The notes beneath the pieces are model-generated. The model was not told the DNA's origin. It did no database searches and worked only from the letters and a program-made list of their open reading frames with translations. Of a stretch of DNA of 64,000 nt, positions 43,455 to 56,191 are shown one piece after another. The number at the start of each line of letters is the position of its first letter. Position 1 is the first letter of the stretch. The stretch lies in NCBI RefSeq assembly GCF_056712565.1, contig NZ_CM160072.1; one strand, 5' to 3'. The translations under genes were made by a program, and so were the position numbers.

Positions 43455-46295
43455 TCATTCTTCCACCAGCCACTTCTGCCAGCTTGCCCGCACCAGTTCA
43501 CGCTCTGCGGTGAAGCAATCCTCCGACACATGGCCCGGCAATTCCTGTAATGCCAGATGATGAAGTTCATCGCGCAGCGTTGTGTAAGCACGGGTCAGCG
43601 CCATCGCTTCCTGCTCTTCCATAATGTCGTTTTGCGCCAGTAGTTCCAGAATGCGCACGTTGTCTGACCAGCGCGTTAACTTCGGTTTTTCATGAGCGTA
43701 GCGCAACACCAGATATTGAGTAATAAATTCGATATCGGTAATTCCGCCTTCATCGGCTTTGATATCAAAGCGATCGCGATGTTTATTGCCGAGATGGGCA
43801 CGCATTTTCTCGCGCATTTCCCGCACTTCTGTTTGCAGGGTTTTGCCTTCGCGCGGCAGCGTCATAATCTCCCGGCGTACTGCGTCAAAGTGCGCGGTGA
43901 GCTGCGGATCGCCGTACACTACACGCGCACGCACCAGCGCCTGATGCTCCCACGTCCAGGCCTCGTTTTTCTGATAATCAGCAAATGCTTCTGCGGATGT
44001 CACCAGCATTCCCGCCGCCCCGGACGGACGCAGTCGTGCATCCACTTCATACAAAATGCCGGAAGAGGTTCGCGTACTGAACAGATGCATGATGCGTTGC
44101 GCCAGACGCAGATAAAACTGTCGCCCGTCGATTTCCCGCTCGCCGTCAGTCATCGCATCCATTGGGCAATCATGGAGGAAGATCAGGTCAAGATCGGAAC
44201 TGTAGCCTAACTCCCAGCCACCCAGCTTGCCGTAGCCGACCACCGCAAAACCACGCCCTTCGCGTTCGTTCAGGTGATTTGGCTTACCGTAGCGGGCAAC
44301 CATTTGAACCCACGCCTGCTGAACGACGGCATCAATCATGGCTTCTGCCAGCCAGGTTAAGTGATCGCTCACTTTCATTACCGGTAGCGTACCGGCGATA
44401 TCCGCTGCCGCAATGCGTAACAGCTGCGCCTGTTTGAACTGACGCAGCGCCTCAAGCTGTTGTTCTTCGTCATCTTCCGGCACGCGCAGCAAATACTGGC
44501 GCAGTTCATCACGGTAGGCATCCGTCGCCGTTGGTTGGTAGAGGGTATTTGGATCGAGCAATTCATCCAGCAATAATGGATAACGCGCTAGCTGGCTGGC
44601 AATCATCGGCGATGCAGCACACAGAGAAATCAAATGTTTAAGCGCCGCAGGGAATTCACTAAGCAGCTCAAGATAAGTGGTGCGAGTAACAATCCCCACC
44701 AGCAAGGCGGTAATGCGCGACAGCGTGACAGCAGCGTCTTCACGCGCACAGACATCACTTAGCAGATGTGGCATCAGATGGTCGAGCACCTGACGTCCTC
44801 GCGGCCCGATGGTGCGCTTATCCAGCTCTTTGCGAAAATCAGCAATCAGCATTAGCACCTGTTTGCGCTCATCCTCGCTAAGATGCGCCAGCACTGGCGT
44901 GGTGTCATCTTCCTGCAACGCATCCTGCCACAGCTCACGCCACTGTTCCGACAGCGACTCTTCCTGAGTTTCACTTTCGTCGTCGCCAATCAATTCATTA
45001 AACACCCGGCGCACATTGGCCATATGTGCGGTCAGCACCCCGGTCAATTGCGGCCAGTCAGCAAAGTCCATCGCCCACGCCAGCCGCGCACGGGTAAGCT
45101 CATCAGAAGGAAGCGTCTGGGTTTGTTCGTCGTTAATGCTTTGCAGCAGGTTTTCCAGACGCCGCAGGAACAGATACGCCACTCGCAATTGTTCAGCATC
45201 GTTTTCAGAAAGCAGATGCAGCGCGGCAATGGCGCTGAGCGTTGGCAGTAAAGCGCGCGATTGCAGCGACGGTTCGCGCCCGCCGCGAATGAGCTGGAAC
45301 ACCTGGACGATAAATTCAATTTCGCGAATGCCGCCTGCGCCAAGTTTGATGTTGTCGGTCAAACCGCGTCGACGCACTTCACGGGCAATCATTCCTTTCA
45401 TGTTGCGCAGCGACTGAATCACGCTGAAATCGATGTAACGACGGAAAACAAACGGACGCAGCATCGCACGCAACTCGTTAGCATAGACGCCGTCGCTATC
45501 CCCCATAATCCGCGCCTTGACCATCGCGTAACGCTCCCAGTCGCGCCCCTGCTCCTGGTAATAATCTTCCAGCGCCGCAAAACTCAGCACCAGCGGGCCA
45601 CTTTCACCAAACGGACGCAGCCGCATATCCACGCGATAGACGAAGCCATCCTGCGTTGGTTGATCCAGCACTTTAATCAGCCGCTGCCCCATGCGGGTAA
45701 AAAACTGCGCGTTATCCAGTTCCCGGCGTCCACCCTGGGTACAACCATGTTCCGGCCAGGCAAAAATCAGATCGATATCAGAGGAGAAATTCAGTTCCCC
45801 GCCGCCCAGCTTACCCATGCCTAAAATCAGCAGCGGTTGCGCTTCGCCCTGCGCATTGCACGGCGTTCCCCATTCGCGGCAGCAGGCGTCATACAGCCAG
45901 TCACGCGCCGCAACAATCAGCGTCTCCGCCAGATGGCTGAGCTGCTGCAATATGCTCTCTTCAGTAACCAGAGCCAGCGTTTGCGCCCAGGCGATGCGCA
46001 CCATAATGCGCCGCCGGAATAGCCGCAGCTCGCGCATTAACCCGGCTTCGTCACTCACATTACTGAGCGCCTCCTGCAACCATGCAGCGTAATGCTGCCA
46101 TTCGTCGGCCTGCGGCGGTTGGCTTTCCAGTTCCGTCAGCCACTCTGGATGCGCAATCACGCTGTCCTGCACAAAATCACTGAAAGTAAGTACTGACTTC
46201 GCCTGTGCGCTAAGTGATTCCTCGGCTAAAGGCTCTGGCAGCCGCTCAACAACGGTCTGCCAGTACTGCTGTAACGGTGAAGAGAGCGGCTTCAT
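43455..46295 (-). CDS. glnE: glutamine synthetase adenylyltransferase/adenylyl-removing enzyme
   Basis: ORF 43455-46499; start placed at [21 protein letters not shown], giving 946 aa. Confidence 0.93.
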   Translation of the reverse strand: MKPLSSPLQQYWQTVVERLPEPLAEESLSAQAKSVLTFSDFVQDSVIAHPEWLTELESQPPQADEWQHYAAWLQEALSNVSDEAGLMRELRLFRRRIMVRIAWAQTLALVTEESILQQLSHLAETLIVAARDWLYDACCREWGTPCNAQGEAQPLLILGMGKLGGGELNFSSDIDLIFAWPEHGCTQGGRRELDNAQFFTRMGQRLIKVLDQPTQDGFVYRVDMRLRPFGESGPLVLSFAALEDYYQEQGRDWERYAMVKARIMGDSDGVYANELRAMLRPFVFRRYIDFSVIQSLRNMKGMIAREVRRRGLTDNIKLGAGGIREIEFIVQVFQLIRGGREPSLQSRALLPTLSAIAALHLLSENDAEQLRVAYLFLRRLENLLQSINDEQTQTLPSDELTRARLAWAMDFADWPQLTGVLTAHMANVRRVFNELIGDDESETQEESLSEQWRELWQDALQEDDTTPVLAHLSEDERKQVLMLIADFRKELDKRTIGPRGRQVLDHLMPHLLSDVCAREDAAVTLSRITALLVGIVTRTTYLELLSEFPAALKHLISLCAASPMIASQLARYPLLLDELLDPNTLYQPTATDAYRDELRQYLLRVPEDDEEQQLEALRQFKQAQLLRIAAADIAGTLPVMKVSDHLTWLAEAMIDAVVQQAWVQMVARYGKPNHLNEREGRGFAVVGYGKLGGWELGYSSDLDLIFLHDCPMDAMTDGEREIDGRQFYLRLAQRIMHLFSTRTSSGILYEVDARLRPSGAAGMLVTSAEAFADYQKNEAWTWEHQALVRARVVYGDPQLTAHFDAVRREIMTLPREGKTLQTEVREMREKMRAHLGNKHRDRFDIKADEGGITDIEFITQYLVLRYAHEKPKLTRWSDNVRILELLAQNDIMEEQEAMALTRAYTTLRDELHHLALQELPGHVSEDCFTAERELVRASWQKWLVEE

Positions 46296-46317
46296 AAGCG
46301 ATTTTATCCTTGCCTGA

Positions 46318-47619
46318 TTAACGTTTTCCGCTGTGCAACCAGAACGGTTCCTGATTGTTTGCCTCATTACGGAAATGTTCAATTTCAATGCGTTGCCCGG
46401 TCGCAATAGCGTGACGCAGCCCCTGCCAGTTCTCCAGCCAGTCTTGCGCGACGACAGGATCGTAGTAACCCGCCAGCAACAGTATTGAGTCAATATCACG
46501 CGTCAGGCGTGGCAATTGGTCACGGTAGCGATCGCCTAACGGCTGGCAGAAAACGCTTTTAAGTTCAGCAGCATGGCGGGAAAGATGGATATCGGCAAAG
46601 CGTTTGAAGGAATCGCTCATTTTACTCTGCGCTTTGGCATCTAAAAACGGCTGCCAGGCTTTGCTTACCAGCCATTCGGTCAACGCCAGCTTCGCCATTG
46701 CCGTTTCGGTAGAGTAGACCGCCGTTACGGCAGAAACCGCAGAAGCAATGGTCGCCTCGCATTGAGTCAGCAGATCACGTAAGTGAGTGCTCGCTTTACG
46801 CGGCACGATACCGCCGAACAGCATCAGTGTATGACGGACCAGGCCAATGGCTGCCAGCACCTGCTCTTTCGCCGCATCGTTGCCGCGTACCCACAGTTCT
46901 TCATGATACTGCCATTGCGCTAACGCCAGCTCGAGCGCCGCTTCCAGCCCCTGTTCCACATCAGCTTTTGCCGCAACATGCAAAATGGTGGTCGGTTTGA
47001 TTTCACGCGCCGGATTGCCCTGCGCCAGATGATAGCCACGCGCTGCTTTGCTCAGGCTGCCCTGGCGTAATCCGGTTTGCGATACCAGTTGGTTCGCCAG
47101 TTTCAGCACCGCACGCATGTCGCCGCTAAGCAGTTCCAGTTCCAGCTCACAGATAGGTTCAGCAAATTCACCCGCTTTCACTTCCCCCTGGTCGAGGGCG
47201 ATTTCAATTTGGCTACCATCAACCTCTACCAGCCACTTTTCGCGATAAAAATCGGTGCTGAACAGCGGTTGTACGCGGGAAGCGAGATCGGCAGGCAATT
47301 CGCCGTTCGGCCAGACTTCCGTCGGTAACTGCGCCAGGTCGAGCGTCGGTGCGCTCAACGCCACGTTATATTCCGGGCGCTGGTGTAAGCCGCCTGTCAC
47401 TCTTCCTGCAACTTTCATGGTCATCTCATAGCGACCGTTTTCGCCACGAATACGCAAGCCCATATCGTGCCCACGCAGCCAGTTATCCGGCGTTTCGTAG
47501 TAAATATTCAGCAACTGCACGGGGTCATGGTGCTCGCCGTCCAGCGTATTGAGATGGTCACGCAGCGCCTCAACGGCACTGTGATTAACAATAAACTTTA
47601 ATTCGATTTCCTGAGCCAT
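46318..47619 (-). CDS. ygiF: inorganic triphosphatase (CYTH domain) YgiF
   Basis: 433-aa [14 protein letters not shown]... (CYTH EXEXK-type N-terminus). Confidence 0.9.
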   Translation of the reverse strand: MAQEIELKFIVNHSAVEALRDHLNTLDGEHHDPVQLLNIYYETPDNWLRGHDMGLRIRGENGRYEMTMKVAGRVTGGLHQRPEYNVALSAPTLDLAQLPTEVWPNGELPADLASRVQPLFSTDFYREKWLVEVDGSQIEIALDQGEVKAGEFAEPICELELELLSGDMRAVLKLANQLVSQTGLRQGSLSKAARGYHLAQGNPAREIKPTTILHVAAKADVEQGLEAALELALAQWQYHEELWVRGNDAAKEQVLAAIGLVRHTLMLFGGIVPRKASTHLRDLLTQCEATIASAVSAVTAVYSTETAMAKLALTEWLVSKAWQPFLDAKAQSKMSDSFKRFADIHLSRHAAELKSVFCQPLGDRYRDQLPRLTRDIDSILLLAGYYDPVVAQDWLENWQGLRHAIATGQRIEIEHFRNEANNQEPFWLHSGKR

Positions 47620-47860
47620 AGCCTTTACTTATCGGTTATGTCACATAAGTGACGATGAACGGCGAACTTAATGCGATCTTTTTTGTCAGTAGATAGTATT
47701 TTGCGCCAAATTGCCATGCAACGGGCAATTTGACGGGCGTAAAAGTTTGAAGCAGTGGCAAGACCTGACACAGAGGATTCCGATTGATGTCGAATGCTTT
47801 GCGTAGCGACACTGATGCCACTACTATCGTTCCACTTTCCATGACAATAACGACAGCCTG

Positions 47861-48481
47861 ATGCCAAAATTACGCCTGATCGGATTAACTTTACTCGCAC
47901 TTAGCGCCACTGCCGTCTCACACGCTGAAGAAACGCGCTATGTTTCTGATGAACTGAATACCTGGGTCCGTAGCGGTCCGGGAGATCATTATCGCCTCGT
48001 GGGCACGGTTAACGCCGGCGAGGAAGTGACCTTATTACAAACTGACGCCAACACCAATTATGCCCAGGTGAAAGACAGCTCTGGCCGTACCGCCTGGATC
48101 CCGTTGAAACAACTTAGCACTGAGCCAAGCCTGCGCTCCCGTGTGCCAGATCTGGAAAATCAGGTCAAAACCCTGACCGATAAACTCACCAATATCGATA
48201 ACACCTGGAATCAGCGCACCGCAGAAATGCAGCAAAAAGTGGCGCAGAGCGACAGCGTGATCAACGGGTTAAAAGAAGAAAATCAGAAACTGAAAAACGA
48301 GCTGATTGTCGCGCAGAAAAAGGTCGATGCCGCCAGCGTACAGCTGGATGACAAACAGCGCACCATCATCATGCAGTGGTTTATGTATGGCGGTGGCGTG
48401 CTGGGGCTTGGCTTGCTGCTCGGTCTGGTACTGCCGCACCTGATCCCAAGCCGCAAACGCAAAGATCGCTGGATGAACTAA
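47861..48481 (+). CDS. ygiM: SH3-domain membrane-anchored protein YgiM
   Basis: 206-aa ORF with signal peptide, SH3b-like region, coiled coil and C-terminal TM. Confidence 0.88.
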   Translation: MPKLRLIGLTLLALSATAVSHAEETRYVSDELNTWVRSGPGDHYRLVGTVNAGEEVTLLQTDANTNYAQVKDSSGRTAWIPLKQLSTEPSLRSRVPDLENQVKTLTDKLTNIDNTWNQRTAEMQQKVAQSDSVINGLKEENQKLKNELIVAQKKVDAASVQLDDKQRTIIMQWFMYGGGVLGLGLLLGLVLPHLIPSRKRKDRWMN

Positions 48482-48544
48482 ATCGCCTTCTTCGTTGCAC
48501 TGTCTTATTATTAGGAATTGTGTATTTGACGAAGGGATGATGGC

Positions 48545-49783
48545 GTGAAGATTTATCTGGTCGGTGGTGCTGTTCGGGATGCATTGTTAGGGCTACCGGT
48601 CAAAGACAGAGATTGGGTGGTGGTCGGCAGTACGCCACAGGAGATGCTCGACGCGGGCTACCAGCAGGTAGGCCGCGATTTTCCTGTGTTTCTGCATCCG
48701 CAAACGCATGAAGAGTATGCACTGGCACGTACCGAACGGAAATCCGGTTCCGGTTACACCGGTTTTACCTGCTATGCCGCACCGGATGTCACGCTGGAAG
48801 ATGATCTTAAGCGTCGCGATCTGACCATTAATGCGCTGGCCCAGGACGATAACGGCGAGATTATCGACCCGTACAACGGTCTGGGCGATCTGCAAAATCG
48901 TCTGTTGCGCCATGTTTCCCCCGCTTTTGGCGAAGATCCGTTACGCGTGTTGCGCGTAGCGCGTTTTGCTGCGCGTTATGCCCACCTCTGTTTCCGTATT
49001 GCCGATGAAACTCTGGCGCTGATGCGCGAGATGACCCATGCGGGTGAACTGGAACACCTGACGCCTGAACGGGTATGGAAAGAGACGGAAAACGCCCTCA
49101 CCACCCGCAATCCCCAGGTGTTCTTCCAGGTACTGCGCGATTGCGGCGCACTGCGCGTTTTATTCCCGGAAATTGACGCCCTGTTTGGCGTTCCGGCCCC
49201 TGCCAGGTGGCATCCGGAAATCGACACCGGTATTCATACCTTAATGACGCTCTCAATGGCGGCGATGCTGAGTCCGCAGGTCGATGTCCGTTTCGCAACG
49301 TTATGCCACGATCTCGGTAAAGGACTGACGCCACCAGAACTTTGGCCGCGTCATCATGGTCATGGCCCGGCGGGTGTGAAGTTAGTGGAACAACTATGCC
49401 AGCGTCTGCGCGTGCCAAATGAAATTCGCGATTTAGCCAGACTGGTGGCTGAGTTTCACGATCTCATCCACACCTTCCCAATGCTGAACCCAAAAACCAT
49501 CGTCAAACTATTTGATTCCATCGACGCCTGGCGTAAACCGCAGCGTGTCGAGCAACTGGCGCTGACCAGCGAGGCTGATGTGCGCGGCAGAACCGGTTTT
49601 GAATCAGCCGACTACCCGCAAGGCCGCTGGTTGCGCGAAGCCTGGGAAGTGGCACAGTCAGTGCCGACAAAAGCCGTCGTTGAAGCGGGATTTAAAGGTG
49701 TGGAGATTCGCGAGGAGCTGACCCGACGGCGGATTGCGGCGGTGGCTGGCTGGAAGGAACAGCGTTGCCCAAAACCTGAGTGA
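48545..49783 (+). CDS. cca: tRNA nucleotidyltransferase (CCA-adding enzyme)
   Basis: 412-aa ORF with GTG start, [16 protein letters not shown]..., HD domain. Confidence 0.93.
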   Translation: MKIYLVGGAVRDALLGLPVKDRDWVVVGSTPQEMLDAGYQQVGRDFPVFLHPQTHEEYALARTERKSGSGYTGFTCYAAPDVTLEDDLKRRDLTINALAQDDNGEIIDPYNGLGDLQNRLLRHVSPAFGEDPLRVLRVARFAARYAHLCFRIADETLALMREMTHAGELEHLTPERVWKETENALTTRNPQVFFQVLRDCGALRVLFPEIDALFGVPAPARWHPEIDTGIHTLMTLSMAAMLSPQVDVRFATLCHDLGKGLTPPELWPRHHGHGPAGVKLVEQLCQRLRVPNEIRDLARLVAEFHDLIHTFPMLNPKTIVKLFDSIDAWRKPQRVEQLALTSEADVRGRTGFESADYPQGRWLREAWEVAQSVPTKAVVEAGFKGVEIREELTRRRIAAVAGWKEQRCPKPE

Positions 49784-49797
49784 GTGTTGGATATTTT

Positions 49798-49955
49798 GCC
49801 GGATGCGACGTAAGCGTCTTATCCGGCTACATGTCAACGACAGTTGTAGGCCTGATAAGACGCGCGAGCGTCGCATCAGGCGTTGATTGCCGGATGCGGC
49901 GTGAACGCCTTATCCGGCCTACGCAATCTGATAAGACGCGTCAGCATCATATCCG
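49798..49955. repeat. BIME: cluster of 3-4 REP palindromic units
   Basis: Alternating-orientation units gccggatgcgacgtaagcgtcttatccggc / gcctgataagacgcgcgagcgtcgcatcaggc / gccggatgcggcgtgaacgccttatccggcc. Confidence 0.85.
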
Positions 49956-49970
49956 ACACTGTTCTTCACA

Positions 49971-50792
49971 TCAAAAGAACACAACGTACACCGCAGCCGC
50001 CACAATAAAGCGATAAATGGCGAACGGGATAAACGAAATGCGCTTAATCAATTGCAGGAAGGTTTTAATCGCTATCAGCGCCACCACAAAAGCGGTGATA
50101 AACCCAACGGCAAACATCGGGATATCGCCGGTAGTCAGGAAGCCCCAGCTTTTGTAGAGATCGAGCGCCGTTGCGCCCATCATCATCGGCACCGCCAGCA
50201 GGAACGAGAACTCGGAAGCAGCGTAACGGCTCACCCCCATCAGCATCCCACCTGAAATGGTCGCCCCGGAACGGGAGAAACCCGGCCACAGCGCCAGACA
50301 CTGGAAACAGCCAATCATAAACGCCTGACGATAGGTCATATCATCAAGACCCGGCGCACGCGGCTCTTTCGGCTTCAGGCATTCGGCGGCAATCAGCAAC
50401 AGACCGCCAACGACCAGTGCATACATGACATTTATCGGGTTAAACAATGATTTAATCGTGTCGTGGAACAACAGCCCCAGTACCACCGCCGGAATCATCC
50501 CCAGCAAGATGTGGATCAGCGTTAAACGACCTTTGCTTTCTCCTTCGTGCTGCAACGGGCGACCAAAGTGGATGCCAATCAGGCCAAACAGACGCCGCCA
50601 GAACATCACTACTACCGCCAGAATTGATCCTAACTGGATCACGACTTCAAAGGTTTTCGCCGTGTCGCCCTCAAACCCCAACAAGTGACCGACAATAATC
50701 ATATGGCCCGTGCTGGATACCGGCAGAAATTCTGTCAATCCTTCGACCACACCCAATATTGCCGCTATCAGCAGCGAGTGCATATCGCTCAT
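49971..50792 (-). CDS. uppP: undecaprenyl-diphosphate phosphatase
   Basis: ORF 49971-50795; [30 protein letters not shown]..., recognised UppP/BacA. Confidence 0.92.
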
Positions 50793-50882
50793 CAATAAAC
50801 CCCTAAATTATAAAAATGTAACGCTTGTCCGAACTACTGCAGTATGACCAGGTTATAATCGTTTGGTTTAACAGCTGTAAAA

Positions 50883-51251
50883 TTAATTATTTTCTTTCAG
50901 ATTATTGCCACGCTCAATGATTACGCCAACATTCGCCGCCCGCGCCACTGCGCCTGGCTTGCTGAGTTTGATACGCACCCACGGCGAGTTGAAGCGTGCT
51001 AACAGCAGCTCCGCCACCTCTTCAGCCACGCGTTCCACCAGCGCAAAACGCGCTCCCTCGACGTGGCTGACCACCGTTTCTGCAATGTCAGCGTAACTGA
51101 GGCAATCCGCCACATCATCACTTTTCGCCGCTTTACGGTTATCCCACGCCATTTCGATATCGAACACTAACTTCTGTTCGATGGTCTGTTCCCAGTCGTA
51201 AACACCAATAGTGGTGATTACCGAAAGTTGCTCTATAAATACAATATCCAT
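50883..51251 (-). CDS. folB: dihydroneopterin aldolase
   Basis: MDIVFIEQLSVITTIGVYDWEQTIEQKLVFDIEMAWD... (122 aa). Confidence 0.9.
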   Translation of the reverse strand: MDIVFIEQLSVITTIGVYDWEQTIEQKLVFDIEMAWDNRKAAKSDDVADCLSYADIAETVVSHVEGARFALVERVAEEVAELLLARFNSPWVRIKLSKPGAVARAANVGVIIERGNNLKENN

Positions 51252-51355
51252 CACGTCCTGCCTGCTTTTTGGCTAACCGGATACCACTTCCGGCGAAATG
51301 TGCGTATTATCCACAGATTCATCGTTGAACACGAATTTTCAAAACGGAACAGCTT

Positions 51356-51973
51356 ATGAGTGCAATCGCGCCTGGAATGATCCTCATCGCGTACCTCTGC
51401 GGCTCCATTTCCAGTGCCATTCTGGTTTGCCGCTTGTGTGGGTTGCCCGATCCGCGAACCAGCGGCTCCGGCAATCCAGGCGCAACCAATGTGTTACGTA
51501 TCGGTGGCAAGGGAGCAGCCGTAGCAGTACTGATTTTCGACGTTCTGAAAGGAATGTTGCCCGTCTGGGGCGCGTATGAATTAGGTGTCAGCCCCTTCTG
51601 GCTAGGCTTAATTGCCATCGCCGCCTGTCTTGGACACATCTGGCCCGTTTTCTTCGGTTTTAAAGGAGGAAAAGGCGTTGCTACCGCTTTTGGTGCCATC
51701 GCACCCATTGGCTGGGATCTCACTGGAGTAATGGCGGGAACCTGGTTACTGACCGTGCTATTGAGTGGTTACTCGTCGCTGGGAGCGATTGTCAGTGCAC
51801 TGATTGCTCCGTTTTATGTCTGGTGGTTTAAGCCACAATTCACCTTCCCGGTTTCGATGCTCTCTTGCCTGATCCTGCTGCGTCATCATGACAACATCCA
51901 GCGTCTGTGGCGTCGTCAGGAGACAAAAATCTGGACGAAATTCAAAAGAAAGCGCGAAAAGGATCCCGAGTGA
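51356..51973 (+). CDS. plsY: glycerol-3-phosphate acyltransferase PlsY
   Basis: 205-aa membrane [29 protein letters not shown]... Confidence 0.92.
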
Positions 51974-51985
51974 TTTCTGGTGGAT

Positions 51986-52918
51986 CTACATGACCTGATA
52001 GCCTTCGTCGGGCTTGCCCAGCCGTTGCTGGCACCATGCCGCCAGAAATTCCACACAGACACGTAATTTCATGCTGCGATAGAGCGGCTCCCGGTAAACA
52101 GCCCAGATATTGGCGCTTTGTGCATACTCCGGCAATACTCGCACCAGTTTGCCACTCTCCAGAAACGGCAACACATCCCACTCGGAACGCAGCATAATCC
52201 CTTTGCCCTCCAGCGCCCATTGCAGCACAATCTCGCCGCTATTGGAGGAAAGATGTCCGCTTACCTTCACCGATTTTTTCTCCTGACCGTTCCCCAACTC
52301 CCATATTCCGTGGGTCATATCGCGCTCTTTGGTCACCAGGCAGTCATGACGACTTAATTCCTGTAAGGATTGTGGCTGCGGATATTTTTGCAGATACTCA
52401 GGTGCTGCGCATAATATTCTTTTATTTTTTGTCAAAAGATGCGCAATATAATAATCAGGAATTGCGTCATTAATACGAATATCCAGATCAATATTATCCT
52501 GCACTAAATCAATTTGTCGATCGAACAATTCAAAATGCACCTGTAACTCAGGATAATTGCGCATCAGTTCGGTAATAGCTGGCGCAATATGGCTGCGCCC
52601 AAAACCAAAACTGCAACCAATGCGGATCATCCCCTCCGGGCGCGTTTTGATTTGCGTGACGTCATCGACCAGTCGCTGATATTGGGTGAGGATTTCCAGC
52701 GCATGTTCGTAACAACGCTGGCCACTTTCAGTCAGCGCCACGCCGCGAGCGGAGCGGTTCAGCAGAGTTGTTGCCAGCGTATTTTCAAGGATTTGGATCC
52801 GCTTGGTGACAAATGCAGGCGTTTGCCCAAGCGTCGCCGCTGCAGCACTAAAACTCCCGCTATGGACGATTTCCACCAGTACCTGCAAGTCTTTGGCTAA
52901 AGGCCAGCTATTTAGCAT
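51986..52918 (-). CDS. ttdR: LysR-family transcriptional activator of tartrate utilisation
   Basis: ORF 51986-52972; start placed at [27 protein letters not shown] (310 aa); divergent from ttdAB. Confidence 0.85.
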   Translation of the reverse strand: MLNSWPLAKDLQVLVEIVHSGSFSAAAATLGQTPAFVTKRIQILENTLATTLLNRSARGVALTESGQRCYEHALEILTQYQRLVDDVTQIKTRPEGMIRIGCSFGFGRSHIAPAITELMRNYPELQVHFELFDRQIDLVQDNIDLDIRINDAIPDYYIAHLLTKNKRILCAAPEYLQKYPQPQSLQELSRHDCLVTKERDMTHGIWELGNGQEKKSVKVSGHLSSNSGEIVLQWALEGKGIMLRSEWDVLPFLESGKLVRVLPEYAQSANIWAVYREPLYRSMKLRVCVEFLAAWCQQRLGKPDEGYQVM

Positions 52919-53124
52919 TGTTAAATATCCGCAGTTTTGATAAACGCAGTGTATTTCGCAAAACATTACCATTCCCTGCTCTGGCGCAATATTCGTTCTT
53001 ATTTTCGCGTTGATTCACGAACTGTTAATTACATATTCACGGTGGCAAAAAATATAAAACCACATTTTTAGTGGTAGTTTGTGGCGGTGAATTTTTCCAG
53101 ACAAATACATAAACTGGAGTTGCC

Positions 53125-54036
53125 ATGATGAGCGAAAGTAATAAGCAACAGGCAGTGAATAAGTTGACGGAGATTGTCGCTAACTTTACCGCCATGATTT
53201 CTACCCGAATGCCTGATGACGTGGTGGATAAACTAAAACAGCTAAAGGATGCCGAAACATCGTCGATGGGAAAAATCATCTACCACACGATGTTCGATAA
53301 CATGCAAAAAGCGATCGACCTGAATCGTCCTGCCTGTCAGGACACCGGCGAAATCATGTTTTTTGTTAAGGTCGGTTCCCGTTTCCCACTGCTTGGCGAG
53401 CTGCAAAGCATACTCAAACAAGCCGTGGAAGAGGCAACCGTCAAAGCGCCACTGCGTCACAATGCGGTAGAAATTTTTGACGAAGTAAACACCGGCAAAA
53501 ATACCGGCAGTGGCGTACCGTGGGTCACCTGGGATATCGTCCCCGACGGTGACGATGCGGAAATCGAAGTTTACATGGCAGGCGGCGGCTGCACGCTACC
53601 TGGCCGATCGAAAGTGTTAATGCCGTCAGAAGGCTACGAAGGCGTAGTGAAATTCGTCTTCGAAAATATCTCCACCCTCGCCGTAAACGCCTGTCCGCCG
53701 GTACTTGTGGGCGTTGGCATCGCTACCTCGGTGGAAACCGCCGCAGTGCTCTCGCGTAAAGCCATTTTGCGCCCGATTGGCAGCCGCCATCCCAATCCAA
53801 AAGCGGCAGAGCTGGAGCTACGCCTGGAAGAAGGACTCAACCGTCTGGGGATTGGTCCACAAGGGCTGACTGGCAACAGTTCAGTGATGGGCGTGCATAT
53901 CGAATCTGCCGCTCGCCATCCGTCAACCATCGGCGTTGCTGTTTCTACCGGCTGCTGGGCGCATCGTCGCGGCACACTGCGAGTTCATGCCGATCTCACC
54001 TTTGAAAATCTGTCTCATACCCGGAGCGCGTTATGA
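53125..54036 (+). CDS. ttdA: L(+)-tartrate dehydratase alpha subunit
   Basis: 303-aa [21 protein letters not shown]... Confidence 0.92.
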
Positions 54037-54638
54037 AAAAGATCCTGACAACCCCGATCAAAGCTGAAGATCTGCAAGATATTCGCGTCGGCGATGTGAT
54101 CTACCTGACCGGTACGCTGGTGACCTGCCGTGACGTTTGTCACCGCCGATTGATCGAACTGAAACGTCCGATCCCTTACGATCTCAACGGCAAAGCGATT
54201 TTCCACGCTGGCCCCATCGTGCGCAAAAACGGCGACAAATGGGAGATGGTGTCCGTCGGCCCGACAACCAGTATGCGTATGGAAAGTTTTGAACGTGAAT
54301 TTATCGAGCAGACCGGCGTGAAACTGGTGGTCGGCAAAGGCGGAATGGGGCCGCTGACCGAAGAAGGCTGCCAGAAATTCAAGGCGCTGCATGTGATTTT
54401 CCCGGCTGGCTGTGCGGTACTGGCGGCAACTCAAGTGGAAGAGATTGAAGAGGTACACTGGACAGAACTCGGGATGCCAGAGTCGCTGTGGGTCTGCCGG
54501 GTCAAAGAGTTTGGCCCGCTGATTGTCTCTATAGATACCCACGGCAACAACCTGATAGCCGAAAACAAAAAGCTGTTCGCCGAACGCCGCGATCCCATCG
54601 TGGAAGAGATCTGCGAGCACGTCCACTACATCAAATAA
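54033..54638 (+). CDS. ttdB: L(+)-tartrate dehydratase beta subunit
   Basis: 201-aa ORF, 4-bp overlap with ttdA. Confidence 0.92.
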
Positions 54639-54685
54639 CCCTCCCGGAGAGGCTCGCCCCTCTCCTTTTTCTCAGGCATAACACG

Positions 54686-56149
54686 ATGAAACCTTCCACT
54701 GAATGGTGGCGATACCTTGCGCCGCTGGCGGTCATCGCCATTATTGCTCTACTTCCGCTTCCCGCAGGGCTGGAGAGTCATACCTGGCTCTACTTTGCCG
54801 TTTTTACTGGCGTGATCGTTGGACTGATCCTCGAACCCGTGCCGGGTGCCGTGGTGGCGATGGTGGGTATATCCATCATCGCCATTCTTTCGCCGTGGCT
54901 GCTGTTTAGCCCGGAGCAGCTCGCCCAGCCAGGTTTTAAGTTCACCGCCAAATCCCTCTCCTGGGCGGTTTCTGGTTTTTCTAATTCAGTTATCTGGCTT
55001 ATTTTCGCCGCCTTTATGTTTGGTACGGGCTATGAAAAAACCGGGCTTGGACGTCGCATCGCTCTGATTCTGGTGAAAAAAATGGGGCATCGCACGCTGT
55101 TTCTCGGCTATGCAGTGATGTTCTCCGAGCTGATACTCGCGCCTGTAACACCGTCCAACTCGGCGCGTGGTGCGGGGATTATCTATCCCATCATCCGTAA
55201 CCTGCCACCGCTCTATCAATCACAACCAAACGACAGCAGTTCGCGCAGCATTGGCTCGTACATCATGTGGATGGGGATTGTTGCCGATTGCGTGACCAGC
55301 GCCATTTTCCTGACGGCGATGGCTCCAAATTTGCTGTTAATTGGACTGATGAAAAGCGCATCTAACGCCACGCTGAGCTGGGGCGACTGGTTCCTCGGGA
55401 TGTTGCCGCTCAGTATTTTACTGGTTCTGCTGGTTCCCTGGCTGGCTTACGTGCTGTACCCGCCGATACTGAAGTCTGGCGATCAGGTGCCGCGCTGGGC
55501 AGAGACGGAACTGCAGGCAATGGGCCCGCTCTGTTCGCGTGAAAAACGGATGCTGGGGCTGATGGTAGGCGCACTGGTGCTGTGGATTTTTGGCGGTGAT
55601 TATATCGATGCCGCGATGGTCGGTTACAGCGTGGTGGCGCTGATGCTGCTTCTGCGCATTATCTGCTGGGACGACATTGTCAGTAATAAAGCGGCGTGGA
55701 ACGTTTTCTTCTGGCTGGCCTCGCTTATCACCCTCGCTACCGGACTCAACAACACCGGTTTTATTAGCTGGTTTGGCAAACTGTTAGCAGGCAGCTTAAG
55801 CGGTTATTCGCCAACGATAGTGATGGTGGCGTTGATTGTGGTCTTTTATCTGCTGCGCTACTTTTTTGCCAGCGCCACAGCGTATACCTCCGCTCTCGCA
55901 CCGATGATGATTGCCGCCGCGCTGGCGATGCCGGAAATCCCGCTGCCGGTGTTCTGCCTGATGGTTGGTGCGGCAATTGGTCTGGGGAGCATTCTTACAC
56001 CATACGCCACCGGACCCAGTCCGATTTACTACGGTAGTGGTTATCTGCCAACGGTGGATTACTGGCGACTGGGGGCAATTTTTGGGCTGATATTCCTCGT
56101 GTTGCTGGTGATTACCGGCTTACTGTGGATGCCCATGGTGTTGCTTTAA
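54686..56149 (+). CDS. ttdT: tartrate/succinate antiporter
   Basis: ORF 54488-56149; start placed at MKPSTEWWRYLAPLAVIAIIALL (487 aa), polytopic. Confidence 0.9.
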   Translation: MKPSTEWWRYLAPLAVIAIIALLPLPAGLESHTWLYFAVFTGVIVGLILEPVPGAVVAMVGISIIAILSPWLLFSPEQLAQPGFKFTAKSLSWAVSGFSNSVIWLIFAAFMFGTGYEKTGLGRRIALILVKKMGHRTLFLGYAVMFSELILAPVTPSNSARGAGIIYPIIRNLPPLYQSQPNDSSSRSIGSYIMWMGIVADCVTSAIFLTAMAPNLLLIGLMKSASNATLSWGDWFLGMLPLSILLVLLVPWLAYVLYPPILKSGDQVPRWAETELQAMGPLCSREKRMLGLMVGALVLWIFGGDYIDAAMVGYSVVALMLLLRIICWDDIVSNKAAWNVFFWLASLITLATGLNNTGFISWFGKLLAGSLSGYSPTIVMVALIVVFYLLRYFFASATAYTSALAPMMIAAALAMPEIPLPVFCLMVGAAIGLGSILTPYATGPSPIYYGSGYLPTVDYWRLGAIFGLIFLVLLVITGLLWMPMVLL

Positions 56150-56191
56150 GTGAGGACGGTGCCGGAAATTGCTCTCCGGCACCTAATAGTT

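Noticed and set aside
46296-46499. Apparent 68-codon N-terminal extension of glnE (ORF track gives 1014 aa) overlapping ygiF
   Set aside because: Extension would overlap the ygiF 3' end; the recognised GlnE N-terminus [12 protein letters not shown] begins at the internal Met (start 46295), so the upstream part is just open frame.
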